Source: Eledone cirrhosa
Lineage: Eukaryota
Assembly: GCA_964016885.1 (NCBI GenBank)
Contig: OZ024741.1
Coordinates: 62,186,001-62,250,000, forward strand
Length of the DNA stretch: 64,000 nucleotides
Reading direction: 5' to 3'
The first letter of the stretch is position 1. Every line of letters starts with the position of its first letter. A program made the position numbers and the translations under genes. The notes below the pieces were generated by a model. It saw only the letters and a program-made list of their open reading frames with translations. It ran no database searches and was not told the origin of the DNA. Shown here piece after piece: positions 25,072 through 39,167 of the stretch.

Positions 25072-25103
<32 letters not shown>

Positions 25104-25678
25104 GTATATACGCACTCACACACACACGCATGCACACACACACACACATATACGCACATTACGTATATATATATAATGCATATCCCACGCTGCTTGTGCC
25201 GTAGCTATGACATATCATATCGTTTCACGTTTGACTTATGACCTCATCAATATTTAGGTAGCTTACCTGACGTACCTGGTCTACCCGGGTCTACCTGTCC
25301 CTACCTCGACCTACCTTAACTAATATAGCTGGCCTTCTCAGTCTTTCAATTTCCTTTGTCTTCGCCGACTTTCACAAATTTGCATGAATTTCCTACGAAC
25401 GTATATGTATACGTGTATGCATACGTGTGAGTATCTGTGTGTGCATGTGTGTATGTATTTGTGTGACTGCATGTGTACATACGTTTTTGTGTGTGTTTAT
25501 GTGGGTGTGTGTGTATGTGTGTGTGTATGTGTGTGTGTGTGTGTGTGTGTGTTTGTGTGTGTTTGTGTGTGTGTGTGTGTGTTCGTCTTTTCTCTCTCAC
25601 ACACAAGCACAAACACACACGCATTATATACATGTGCCAAAAGTAGAAACAATTTTATACATATATATATATATATAT

Positions 25679-25879
25679 AGGAACAAGTAGGAGCCCGACG
25701 GCTGAGCTCAAGCCGTTTCGATGGCTAATTCTGGACAGAATGAGTCCAGAATTAGCCGTCGAAACGGCTTGAGCTCAGCCGTCGGGGTCCTACTTGTTCC
25801 TATTACCCACTCTACTACCCTAAGTATTGAGTACTTTGGTGTGGTATGGTCTATCTGGTTGCTTACCACATTTCCTTCG

Positions 25880-25954
<75 letters not shown>

Positions 25955-26008
25955 TCCAGAAATAGCCGTCGAAACGGCTTGCGCTCTGCCGTCGGGGTCA
26001 AACATTTT

Positions 26009-26011
<3 letters not shown>
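25679..26011 (+). mobile_element. Family A fold-back (25679-25881) plus a second short arm (25952-26011)
   Basis: Same motifs as other family A copies, separated by (TA)n. Confidence 0.85.
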
Positions 26012-26072
<61 letters not shown>

Positions 26073-26083
26073 GATTACATTTT

Positions 26084-26135
<52 letters not shown>

Positions 26136-26209
26136 GATTACACTTACATTCACACAAACAGATATATATGATATGCAGATATATAGTTATATATATATAC
26201 ATATATGAG

Positions 26210-26296
<87 letters not shown>

Positions 26297-26344
26297 ATAA
26301 GAATATTTATATTTATATATGTTTGATATAACTATAAATATGTA

Positions 26345-26559
26345 GGGTAGTACTAAGTACTAACCGGTACCGGTATGACAAAAGGCTCAATGCAAATTTT
26401 CAAGTGTTATACAGAGCCGAGATACAAAGTGTTAAAACGATCAAATTTTAGTTTAGAACATTTATTTGCTGACAATTGTTTCTTCCAGGGGGAAGTCTGA
26501 TATCATCGGAGCATATGGAATGTCGAAACATGTAACTAAAATACTAGTCATTTAGAACA
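26345..26559 (-). mobile_element. Left arm and tail of a fold-back element whose right arm is at 32136-32269
   Basis: 26426-26559 is the reverse complement of 32136-32269. HHR motif at 26467-26513 (minus). Confidence 0.82.
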
Positions 26560-28720
26560 AAGGTTCTCAACCCATTTGCCCCTCGAAATCACGAAACGGC
26601 CCTACCCTATTTTTCCATTTTTCAATATACTACTGATTTTGATATCAGTAGATTACTAAAAAATTGATTAACGATATTCCAAAGATACCATTGCAGGCAG
26701 TTGAAAGTATAAATACATTCCAAATAAAAAATCGACTTACTTTGACCTCGTTTCAATGGGACCCTTGAGCTTCGTGGAGTTTAGCTAACTCTTTGACGTC
26801 AGGCTGGATTTTCGTAAGATGTAGCCGGAGATCTCCACATGCAATCACATTGTAGCGGTTGCGAGCCTTACTATGCAGTCTGGAAACAGCGCCAAATCCC
26901 CTCTCGACTAAGTATGGGCTAGGAAAAGGCAAAGCAAATCTCTTAGCCTCTGCATGTAGGAGTAGAAATCGACGCTGAATGTCCTCTTGCATCCCAAAAA
27001 GGGGTTCACCTATTTTGGAAAATTTAATTTTAATAATGTTATCTGTCTGAAGTTCAATTAATTCTTCCTGAAATTTAACGTTGAAATCGTCGACGTTAGT
27101 TATGAAGGGATCTGCTATCTACATTGGGATGTCCATCTGCAAAAGGTCGACAAACCGTTCTCTCGTGTTGTCTTGTAGTACACGGAGGTGCGCGGTATAA
27201 ATTTGGAGTTGGTCATCGCTCACAATGTTTTGAACTTTGGCGACACTAGGAAAATTATAGAATTCCCGTCGACAAAGATTCCTTTCGATGACTTTCAATT
27301 TGGTCAGGAATATTTTCACAGCATTCCTTGCTTTAAACAAGGTGATCTTCTCCCCCTGGAAAGGCACAATGAGGCTATTGCATTTGTCGAAGATGTCGGC
27401 GAGGTAGGCGCAGTCTTGCCTCATATCGAGGGTTTTTATACAGTTCTGTGGTGCGTCCTCGAAGAAACTCAATGATAGAGTCGAACAGTTCAAAGAAGCG
27501 AGTAATGCACTTGCCATTTGAAAGCCACCTCACTTCAGTATGAAGGAGCAACTCGACGAATTCTTCGTCATTATCTTCGCACAGTTGCCGGAAAATTCGT
27601 TCATTGAGGGCATGATGTTTGATATAATTGATGACATCAATGGCTACCTGCAAAGACTTGCTCAGCGGCTCGCTGAGTTTCTTCGAAGCCAAGTGTTGTC
27701 GATGAATGATACCACGAACAGCAAACACAGATGGAGTTTCCCTCTTCATAAGAGAGACGAAACCCTTATGCTGGCCGATCATTGCTCTTGCGCCGTCCAT
27801 AGCACATGATACAATATTGTTAAGAGGTATCTCTTTTTCTTCGAGGTATCCCTTGACAGATTCAAAGATGGTGCCACTTTTAGTATCTGTGGCTAGATTC
27901 AGAGTGAAGAGAAGCTCCTCGTGCATTTCGTTTTTGGTGGAAAGATCGCACGTATACCAGTAGTAAGGACTGATTCCCGGAAAGTGTGCTTTCATCAAGT
28001 TGCAAAGCAAATTGTGTCGATTTCAAGATGTTGCATAATTTTTGTTCAACATTTTCTGCCATTTCGTCGATGCGTCTCCTTATTGAGTCGTTACTCAACG
28101 GAATACATTTCAAGGTCTTTAACGGGTTTTGACGTAGTACTGTTGAAAGAACTTCTCAGATGACAGGGGCTACCAATGTTTCACCCAAGGAATGAGGCTT
28201 GCCACACTTTGCGATTATGTTGGCAATATTGTAAGATGCGACAAGTCCATCAACATTTGAAGCTTCAACTTTTGAAAAGGCAGAAGAAATTAGTGTTGTT
28301 TTCTGAAATTGGTCCCTAAGAGACTGACAGTATGCTAAATCTTTATATCTCTTATCGGGGTGATTCACCTCCAGGTGTCTACTCAAACGCGATGGCTTCA
28401 TCGCCTCATTCGAAAAGGACTCCTTGCAAATTAAACACATGGGTGACAGGTGGTTCGACGGCGATGGGATGAATCCGAACCGTAAATAATCAACGCTGTA
28501 CTGCCTGCATTCTTTCTTCATTGCTGAGGCCATTTTCTGTTTATCGAATGTGTTTGGTAAAATTACGCAAAAATTTGCCTATATAAGCCTATAAAATTAT
28601 GTATAAGGAACTTACTATAATGAGTCCTGTTCCAGTATGATAAAGTTTCAAGTAATGTTCTGGAATAACGCTTTGTAATAAACAAAACTGCAATGAAAAA
28701 CACAAATACTGTCATTAATT
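26558..28720 (-). mobile_element. Degenerate hAT transposon, Buster/Charlie (SCAND3/ZBED8-like) group; transposase 28533->26753
   Basis: BED finger CLICKESFSNEAMKPSRLSRHL, IPLSNDSIRRRI, FALQLDEST, DGARAM, LLLHTEVRWLS, FPSPYLVERGF, AQGSH end; multiple frameshifts. TIR-like caaaggttctcaac follows the target-like ATTTAGAA. The other boundary is approximate. Confidence 0.93.
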
Positions 28721-28726
28721 AACCGT

Positions 28727-28910
28727 GAATTGGCAGTATCGGTAGAGGGTCGGACACCATGATTTGACGCATAGAGTTACAGGCCCTTGCCATTCTGAGT
28801 TCAAATCCCGCCGAGGTTAACTTTGCCTTTCATCCTTACGGGGTCGATAAAATAAAGTACCAGTAATGCACTGGGTAATTGCTGGCCTTGTGCCTAAAGT
28901 AGAAACAATT
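28727..28910 (+). mobile_element. SINE family 1
   Basis: Near-identical to 22368-22553. Confidence 0.88.
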
Positions 28911-29452
28911 AATTAACCAAGTCGAGACAAGTTATATATGAAGATTAAACAGTCCTTCATGTAGGAATAGTAATAACTTAGCTTGAGGGAATTAAGGTGG
29001 CAGACTCAATAAAGGATCAACGAGGTAACGAGTTCAATAGAACTTAATACAAGAATGACTAGTAATGTGCTATTTTGAAATAGAATTCATCAATTAAGCA
29101 CGTAGTGATAAGACGCGATAATACTAAGTTAAGACATTACTTATTAGTCAGAGCTACTCAAATTATCGCTCTTACCTTAATGCATCACTGTGATATTCTT
29201 GTAATGGTGCTGCAATTATAATGGATGACTGTTGAAGACTACAAAAGCACTTCCTTAAGCCCAAGGCTTGATCGTAGTATAAACAGTCAGTTTATATAAG
29301 AATAGCAACAACCTAGTTATAGAATAAATGATGTGGAAATGCAATGAAGAGAAGATGGGGTCAAGCAAACCGAGTGTTAGTAAGAATGAGCTGAAGTATC
29401 GAGTTCAAGCCGATCACGGTGATGAACGGGTCAGTGAATAATGTTGCTCTTC

Positions 29453-30772
29453 CTGGGGCCTCGTTTGCCTTAAAAATGTGAGGGGGACAAACCAACATTT
29501 GTTGGAGCATTTTAGTATTACTTATGGTGTCTTTCCTGAACCCTATCACATAAGTAAACGTTTTTTTACGCTAATTAAATTTTATATATTCAAATGAAGT
29601 TCAGATACTAAAAAAATAAGCTTTTATATCAAATAAACAAAAAATAAAACATAGACGTTTGAATAAAAATCATATAAAGTAAATGTATTGTCTTTTAGAA
29701 CTTTCCAAATGTATCATATCTCGCATCATTGCTGTCAATAAATAATTTAGCAACTTCTTCACAACTAATCTTTTTCAAAACATCTCTATGAACGTGGCAT
29801 ATTAGAATATCATTCAACCTTTGCTGAGTCATGGTCGATCACAACCAAGTTTTGAGTCTCTGCAGAGCGCTAAAAGATCTTTCAGCTTCACAAGAACTGG
29901 TTGGAAACATTAAAAGTAGCCTGAGCAATCGCTCAACATTTAGAAACATACGACGGACTTCTGGTTGCATTTCACCGAATATTTTAGGATGATCCTCGAG
30001 AGATGATCCATTATGATGATTTCTATAAAAAAAAGTATTTCGTTCCTTAAAGAAAATTCATGAAGCTCTGGATACTGCATGATCACTTCAGCACAAACAT
30101 TTCCATTGAGTAAAATATTGCTCAGTTTTTCATAATCTGCTAAATCCTGTGAAAAAAAAAAAAAATCTTTCAAATTTGATATTAAAGTATCCACTACCTG
30201 CAAATACTGCACTCTGTAATGATCCAAAGCAGTGCAGTGTTGATATTTTAACGCATTTCCTTCCTGGTATCTTTTAAGGACTTTTCGTTGCCTGGGTAGC
30301 TCCAAAGGAGAAATATCGGGTTGATAAATCATTTTTTCTGCTGTATTGAACAGCTCCTGAATTTTTTCTTCACTGCGTAGATTTTTTAGCTCCTCCTGCA
30401 CCAGTTTGACACTATGCAACATGCTACCTAGATTGAAGGTGGTACTTTGAAAAGATTTGTTCAATCCTTCAAGGAATTGAAGTAATGGAACTACAACATG
30501 CAATCCAAGAACACATTGTCCCGGAGAGTGACACGTAGGAATAACATTAGCTCTGGATGCAATGTTGGTGCCAAACTCATTTGTTGCCTCTTGTAAAGAA
30601 ATAGGGACATCTGAATAATTGTCAAGTAGGGCTTTGACTGCAGAAAGTCGTGTTAGCCATCGAGTAGGGCACACAGGTTTTAAGGAGCGTAGTGACGATA
30701 CTTCATTTTCTTCATCATGTCGTGTTAAATACGCGTGCTTAAATTTCCCTGATGGATGTACTATATGTGAGA
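29453..30772 (-). mobile_element. 3' half of a degenerate hAT (Tip100/ZMYM1-like) transposon
   Basis: LKPVCPTRWLTR, LPRQRK, YRVQYLQVVD, then FPTSSCEAERSFSALQRLKTWL*STMTQQRLN (hAT dimerisation domain). Terminus ctggggcctcgttt is shared with the MITEs. Confidence 0.9.
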
Positions 30773-31130
30773 ATGCATATATACATATACATACACATGT
30801 GCATACACACACACATATATATATATACACACATACATACTGATTGTGTAGAGATAGTTGAAGTTTTTTGTGACAGGATAGTGAGTTGCATAATATATAC
30901 TGGAGTAATTGGTGTTATATATTGAGAGTTTATTATTAGAGTGTCTATATTATTTAAATCTTTTAATTGTATAAGGTAAGAGATCAAACAGGGCTTTATT
31001 GACTGTATGCAGGTCAGTGTGGTCTTTTAATTAAGGTGTAGTCCTATATTCCAGAAGGTCTAGTTGGATAAATGAAGCTCTAAGTCTGTATATGTGTGTG
31101 TGTGTGTGTGTATGCACATGTGTGTTTGTA

Positions 31131-31192
<62 letters not shown>

Positions 31193-32181
31193 TTCTCACA
31201 CATGTGTCTATACCTTATATTATACATACATACACTAACTATATATAAACTATCTAGTTATAATAAACTAAATAAAACATGTTTTTAACCCCCCCACCCC
31301 CACACACACACACAAGTTTAAAAAATAACAATTATATAACCAATAATATTTTATATTTTATATACTCTATATAGATTAATTTATAACACTTCCACAATAT
31401 TAAAACAACCCTTAATTTATCAACAACCTTAATAACCCTCTTTACAATTTCCTGTGTAAACTTATAAAATTAAGCAACACAACGGTTCACCAACAGCTTA
31501 ATAACGGTTAATACAAACCCTAGAAAATATAATTTGTAGATAAAAAATGCATAAAATTATATACCTAAAATAACAACATTCGGCGGAATTTATATTTACC
31601 AAACAAACACCTATTGACTATAAACGACTTAAAATAATCCCATGGTTAATAGCTATGAGTAACAAATAACACACACACGTACATACGAACTACAACACAA
31701 AAACACTTAAATCAAAATCACATACCCAACTCTATCAAGTGCTTTGCATTACACCTTACATAACAAATACCTACATTATCACCACATGCCTCTCTAACAA
31801 ATTGCACATTATCTTAAACATTTATAACAATTATAACATGCTTTAACACCCCACACAAAATATGTTTATTTCAACTGCATTATAACTCTTTCCTCATACA
31901 TGCCTTATTGACTGTATTGACTCCTGCATTGTATGTACCCCAATTGTCCTTGCTTATAACATTTTTGCCTGTTTTTTTTTTTGCTTATGATTTTTTTTGC
32001 TTGTGATTTTTACTTATACCTATTACACTTCCAACCAGTGCTGCCTGTAATTGTGTTCTTTCAAGCAGAACATCTTTTTAACTCCTGACTCTCCACATGA
32101 TGCCTTTGACACTAATAACAATTATGTACCCTAAATGTTCTAAATGACTAGGATTTTAGTTACATGTTTCGACATTCCATA

Positions 32182-32228
32182 TGCTCCGATGATTCCAGAC
32201 TTCCCTCTGGAAGAAACAATTGTCAGCA
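32182..32228 (+). ncRNA. Type I hammerhead motif with CCGATGA core
   Basis: tgct-CCGATGA-ttccaga cttccc tctggaa-GAAA-caattg-TC-agca. Confidence 0.72.
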
Positions 32229-32264
32229 AATAAATGTTCTAAACTAAAATGTGATCGTTTTAAC

Positions 32265-32369
<105 letters not shown>

Positions 32370-32571
32370 AGTACTTGTATTTAATGCACACACAACTGTA
32401 TCCACCATTCCACGGCCTCGTAGTTGATATTCATATTCAACGCCACGACATGCCTCTATTTCTTTATATATCGACAGAGATTACTGAAAGTTTGCCCATC
32501 TCAGTAGAATAAGCTTTGTTAAAACGTTTGGACAACTGTGAAACATCTCTTTTCATTATTTAGCTTAATAG

Positions 32572-32872
32572 ATTGGTAGACTCGGTAGAGCGTCGGACCC
32601 CATTCGTAGTGACATAGAGTTATGGTCCTTTATGACCTGAGTTCAAATCCCGCCGAGGTTAAATTTACCTTTCATCCTTACAGGGATCGATAAAATAAAG
32701 TACCAATCACGCACTGGGTCGATTTAATCGACTTCTCCTCCCCTCAAATTGCTGGCCTTCTGTCTATATAAGGACCATTATTTGCCTTTCATCCTTACGG
32801 GGTCGATAAAATAAAGTACCAGTAATGCACTGGATAATTGCTGGCCTTGTGCCTAAAGTAGAAACAATTATT
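32572..32872 (+). mobile_element. SINE family 1 with a duplicated 3' half
   Basis: B box gagttcaaatcc; the central domain and tail occur twice. Confidence 0.85.
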
Positions 32873-33050
32873 TAGCTTAATAACCAACCCGAATCTAATT
32901 ACTGCCTTTATTCTTTCATTGTTTTACTGGTTTTACAGGTTATATAATCGTCCTTAGTGCTTATTTTGTTCAACTCTGGTATTCATAATATCGATCTCAT
33001 ATTGTCGAACGGCGAACGTGTGCATACGCACAAACACACACACACACACA

Positions 33051-33124
<74 letters not shown>

Positions 33125-33183
33125 TACACACACACACATACACACACACATGCGCGCGCGCAGACACACACATATATTTATAT

Positions 33184-33302
33184 AGGAAACAAGTCAGGAC
33201 CCGGGGTCCTGACTCTTTTTCTATTACCCACTCTACTATCCTTAGTATCGAGTACTCTGGTGCGTTATGGCCCACTTGGTTCCTTACCACACTTTCTTTG
33301 TT
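33184..33302 (+). mobile_element. Minimal family A fold-back folded at the predicted HHR cleavage site
   Basis: aggaaacaagtcaggaccc|ggggtcctgactc plus the full tail. Confidence 0.82.
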
Positions 33303-33899
33303 ATATATATATATATACATTAGTACATACACAGATATATATGTACGTATACGTACTAATAGAGATTATAAAAATGATGATAATGTATTCTAATTGACGT
33401 GTTTCTCAACTTGTAGTTGTTCGACGGTGTGGCGAGAATTAGTGACTCTATTGTGTCATATTAGCCCTGTGAATATTGGCACTATTTAGTTGTCGTGTAC
33501 AAATGGTACTTTATTTTATCGAGCCCAGAACCCTGAAATGTGCAGTTCACCTCGAAGATTAGATTAAAAAACAGAGTGGAAGAAAACGAGAGCATTTGTG
33601 TCAGACATTTTGTCCGACGCACTAATGATTGTGCCAATAGAGTTGCATTTTATGTGATAACGCTGATAATAGTTGATAATGCAGTCCGGTGTACACAATT
33701 GCTGACAAAACATATTTTGTGGTGTGGCCGTGTCTCGAAGGTTAATCGTCAAATATTAGGGGCTTAACAATAACCACAAAGACAACTACAGAGGTGGCAG
33801 TAACAACAGCAACAGTACCACTTACAACACAGCAACAAGAGCAGCGACGACGAGAAAATCAACGAAGGCGACGAACGTACCACAAAACACGACCACAAG

Positions 33900-35540
33900 A
33901 CACTATCACTAGCACCATCAACAACTACAACAACACCATACCACCACCAACACCAACAACACCACCACCACCACCAATACCACTACTTCCAACACCACCA
34001 CCATCAACACCACCACCACCAACACCACTACTTCCAACACCACCACCACCAACACCACCACAACCAACACCACTACTTCCAACACCATCAACACCACCAC
34101 CACCAACACCACTACTTCCAACACCACCATCATCAACACCACCACCAACACCACTACTTCCAACACCACTATTTCCAAAACCAACACCACCAACACCAAC
34201 ACCACCAACACCACGAACACCACCATCACCAATACTACTACAACCAACACCACTACTTCTAACACCACCACCACCACCACCACCACCACCATCAACACCA
34301 CCACCACCAACCACCACCACCAACACCACCGCAACCAACACCATCACTTCCAACACCACCACCACCAACACCACCATCATCAACACCACCACCAACACCA
34401 CCACCATCAACACCACCAGAACCAACACCATCACATCCAACACCACCACCACCACCACCACAACCAACACCACACCCATCAACACCACCACCATCAACAC
34501 CACCACCACCAACACCACCATCACCAACACCACCACAACCAACACCATCACTTCCAACACCACCACCAACACCACCACCACCATCAACACCACCATAAAC
34601 ACCACCACCATCAACACCACCACAACCAACACCACCACCATCAACACCACCACAACCAACACCACCACCATCAACACCACCACAACCAATACCACCACCA
34701 TCAACACCACCACCATCAACACCACCACCACCACCAACCCCACCACCACCAACACCACCACAACCAACACCATCACTTCCAACACCACCACCACCAACAC
34801 CACCACCACCAACACAACCAACAACTATACCACCATCACCAACACCACCACCACCAACACCACCACCACTACCACCACCACCACCACCAACACCATCACC
34901 AACACCACCACCATGAACACCACTACCACTACCACCACCACCACCAACACCACCACCACCAACACCACCACCATGAACACCACTACCACCACCACCACCA
35001 ACACCACCACCAACTATACCACCACCACCAACACCACCACCATGAACACCACTACCACTACCACCACCACCACCACCACCAACACCACCACCAACTATAC
35101 CACCACCACCAACACCACCACCAACACCACCACCACTACCACCACCACCAACAACACCACCACCACCAACACCACCACTACCAACACCACCACCATGAAC
35201 ACCACTACCACTACCACCACCACCACCACCACCACCAACACCACCATCACCAACACCACCACCACCAACACCACCACCACCAACACCACCAACACCAACA
35301 CCACCAACACCACCACCATGAACACCACTACCACTACCACCACCACCACCACCACCAACACCACCACCACCAACACCATCACCACCAACACCACCACCAC
35401 CAACACCACCAACACCAACACCACCAACACCACCACCATGAACACCACTACCACTACCACCACCACCACTACCACCACCACCACCAACACCACCACCACC
35501 AACACCGCCACCACCAACACCACCACCAACACCACCACCT
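33900..35540. repeat. ~1.6-kb (CAC/CAA)n trinucleotide-based low-complexity tract
   Basis: Directly visible, with higher-order units (ccactacttccaaca; atgaacaccactaccact). Confidence 0.95.
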
Positions 35541-35648
35541 CTAACTGTCAACAGCGTCACTCTATATCATATATCATGAACTCAGCTAAATTTACACACA
35601 TTCACATTGAAATTTACTACTGCATCTGTCCATACATACACACACACG

Positions 35649-35685
<37 letters not shown>

Positions 35686-35932
35686 GGGGGGGGGCTGTAT
35701 GCGTGGTTGTATATGTATACATTTATGTATATATGTATGTACATATACATGTGTTTGTGTGTGTATGTATATATACATATATATATACACACACACACAC
35801 ATACACGTATATATATATATATAATTATTAAGGCTAGTTACTGCACCGGCGCTATTGAAGTAACTGGCCTTAGTAATTGTTTTAAAACTCGCCCTACGGA
35901 CTTGAGTTGCTTGGATATTTTTACCTACTTAC

Positions 35933-36008
<76 letters not shown>

Positions 36009-36362
36009 CGTGCGTGTGTGCGTGCATGCATGTATGTAAGCATGTATGTATGCATGCATGTATGCATGTAAGCATGTGCGTGTCTCTTTTTCATAATTTC
36101 GAATTTATTTTGGTCGACCACCTGCTCAACGGCAGCAGAGTAAGGGATAAGTAATTTCTGTCGTTTCTTGTTCCTCTTTTGAATTTTAAGAATGTTTTAC
36201 AGATTTTGCAGGTTTCAGATATCGTGGCTATTTGTAGCTTATGAATGAAGGCGCTGCGTTACTTCTCCAAAAGTCCGAGTTCAGTCATAGTTTGGTCTAG
36301 ACAATTCATATATTTACTGTAGCTCCGATAGGTAAGAAACTGGACGTGTAGAAACTCTAGTA

Positions 36363-36650
36363 AAGGCGTGTGGCTTTGTCGTTCTAGTATTCGCCTCATA
36401 ATCGTAAAGTTGTGAATTCGCCTCCCGGCGGCGCGTTGTGTTCTTGAGCAAGGCAATTTATTTCGCGTTGCTCCAGTCTACTCAGCTGGCAAATATGTAT
36501 TGTACTTCTAATTCGAAGGGCCTGTCTTGTCACATTCTGTGTCAAGCTAAATCTCTCTGAGACTACGTTAGGGGTACACGTGCCTGTGGAATGATCAGCC
36601 ACTTACACGTTAATTTCACGAGCAGGTGGTTCCGTTGATCGGAGTGCCAC
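36363..36650 (+). mobile_element. tRNA-derived SINE family 2
   Basis: tggc..A-box-like start, gaattcgcctcc B-box-like motif, ttgtgttcttgagcaaggca central domain; other copies in the window. Confidence 0.8.
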
Positions 36651-36866
36651 CATCTGAAAATTTGTCATTCATGGTCTTTCTCTTTTAAAATTCTTACTAT
36701 ATTAATATTAGGCAGTTGACTTCTTCAACAGACTACTTCTTCAATCTATAATAACAAATAACAATATGACGCAAGTGGTGTTTTAATTTTATGGCAATTT
36801 TTATTTTTAGGTTCCACTAATATTCCAATAATATATTCAGTCCTTCTTGTATGTATGTATGCATGT

Positions 36867-37340
36867 CAGGTCGCTCTCGAGTGGTACTGGTAACATGTAA
36901 CCCAGTGGTCGGGTCGTTGGCGACTAAACCGGTAACCCCACCAAGCTTGCTTGGTGAGGAGGTTGATATTTGGACACCCTGCGGGATGAAATACAAGACC
37001 CGGAAAAGAGCGGAGGATCTCAGCAGAGTCAACGGCCACACAAATAGTACTTTTTGTTCACCTGGGAGTGAAAGGTCGCCAGTTGTTGTCACAACACTTT
37101 CTAAGAGAGGGAAACTCTGAAAAAAAAGCTGCGGCTTCGGAAGCATCCGATGATGTTCACCAGTTCTCCTTTTCGGGTAGTGTTTCGATACTCAGAGAGT
37201 GGGATTGGTCGAAAAAACCACAGGCATTACATGTTCAGGATATGTTACAGGTTCGTGTGGCTGGCTGTACCTAAAAGTGCACCATTTTCTGTAATCTGGC
37301 AAGCGATTGCAATACTCTTAGCAGAGTTTGCAGCCATCAT
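36867..37340 (+). mobile_element. Non-autonomous RTE-related element in (ATGT)n
   Basis: 5' end homologous to 1760 and 42134; ends gagtttgcagccatc followed by (ATGT)n. Confidence 0.72.
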
Positions 37341-37441
37341 GTATGCATGTATGTACGTACGTATGTATGTATGTATGTATGTATGTATGTATGTATGTAT
37401 GTATGTATGTATGTATGTATGTATGTATGTATGTATGTATG

Positions 37442-37473
<32 letters not shown>

Positions 37474-37922
37474 GGAGCTTTAGATCGGACAACGCACACT
37501 GTCTATTTTGGGGCGTAAGTTTTGTTTAATCTATGTATTGTCAAACATCCAAATTCGACAAATAGTTTGCTCCTCTCTACTCTGCAAATAACCTAACAGA
37601 AGTTGTGAAAGTTGCATAAATATGTTTACATATTTTCCCAATGCAATCGCTGATTACATTTTATTTACATCCTAATGCATTTTAATCAAATATGGCTAAA
37701 TTTCAAATTTTGAAAAGAAAAGAAAACGGACAAATGAAATAGATAATTTCTCTGCTCCCACCACCACAATTATGTCCACACTCTCCCCACCACCACACTT
37801 ATACTCACACAAATCAATCCCCAATTTTTAGACTAAAGTCACTGACTTTGCAGCCTGATAACAAAGCTACTGTGTTGAATGTGTGTAGGTATATATATAT
37901 ATATATGTGTATGTACATGTAT

Positions 37923-37977
<55 letters not shown>

Positions 37978-37999
37978 CCCCACCCCCACCCCTCACACA

Positions 38000-39167
38000 C
38001 ACACAAGCTTCGGGCTTACGGCAAGTTAGAAACTTCGTAAATAATATCAGTACTAGCATCTCAAACCTCTTCTCTAATAAGGCTATCTTTGACAGGGCGG
38101 CACCCTACTATAACACGGTGTTAGCTAACAGCGGCTTCTCGCAACCTATCACCTACTCTCCCACTATCAACAACACCAATAAGAAAAGAAAGCGTAACAA
38201 TAGACAAACTATCTGGTTCTCTCCTCCCTTCTCACTCAACGTTAAAACCAATGTAGGCAAAAACTTTCTAGCCCTCTTAGATAGACACTTTGCCATAGGT
38301 CATAAATACCGCTCCATCTTTAACCGACACAAAGTAAAACTAGGATATTCCTGCGCTAAGAACACGAAGCCCCACATCACCAACAGCCCTAAGAGCAACA
38401 CCCCACCAGGGTGCTCTTGTCGTAAGCCCGAAGCTTATCCCCTACAACAGCAATGCAACACACCTGCTGTAGCTTATGAAGCTGTGGTCACTCCCAACCG
38501 ACCAAATCAACCACGGGAGGTCAAATCCTATGTGGGTATGGCAGAGGGCCGATTTAAGGAACGCTTCCTTAACCACCAGTCGACCTTTAGGTACCCAGAC
38601 AGACGTTCATCCACGAAACTCGCGAGCCACGTATGGTCCCTCAAGGACTCAAGTATAGACTACCTCATTCAATGGAAAGCCATCACTAAGTCCAAGCCAT
38701 ACGCAGGGGGAAATCCGTCGTATGGACTATGTATTGATGAACGAATAAATATTCTAAAGAGATTATGCAATAGCGATTGCCTAAACACGAGAAATGAATT
38801 CTTCACACGTTGTCCACACGTCTTGAAACACCTCTTACGTAACTACAAAGCTCCGGATTGAATTACAACAACATCCTAATTCTCTTCTCAACTAGAAATT
38901 TTTCCGACTTTCACAGTTATCTCCCTTACACCCCTCGCACGCATTTTACTATTGCCTGTGTGAAGTGATCGTTTCTGCGCATGCGCATTCGTACGGTTGT
39001 CCTTTCTGTTCCGTATAACCATGTCCATTACGAGCTGAGGATCCGCTAAGTTGAAACAATTGTTCTTGGTATGGTGAACTAACTGTTGTGTAACTACTAC
39101 TACCTAACTCATCCCATGGACTGAGTGCTCTACCACTACGGATATTACCTTCCAGTGTTCTACCATT
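38000..39167 (+). mobile_element. 5'-truncated Penelope-like element (Naiad-like): linker plus GIY-YIG, ORF ends at 38861
   Basis: IWFSPPFSLNVKTNVGK, HKYRSIFNRHKVKLGYSC, CSCRKPEAYPL, VAYEA..SYVGMAEGRFKERFLNH, LCIDE, RCPH. Downstream HHR, then (TA)n. The ORF N-terminus is microsatellite read-through. Confidence 0.9.
39031..39068 (+). ncRNA. Minimal hammerhead in PLE 3' pLTR
   Basis: cgag-CTGAGGA-tccgctaagtt-GAAA-caattg-TT-cttg. Stem II is weak. Confidence 0.65.

Noticed and set aside
26753-28533. Domesticated ZBED/SCAND3 host gene
   Set aside because: Multiple frameshifts and stops plus a TIR-like end indicate a decayed transposon.
33794-35824. 676-aa Pro/Thr-rich ORF and antisense Gly/Val ORFs
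   Set aside because: Stop-free because of CAC/CAA triplet repeats; GTG start; ends in microsatellite translation; no signal peptide or domain.
36110-36340. Short intron-like segment (gtaagg...tttgcag) and a following donor gtaaga
   Set aside because: The putative exon has stops in all frames and there is no independent support.
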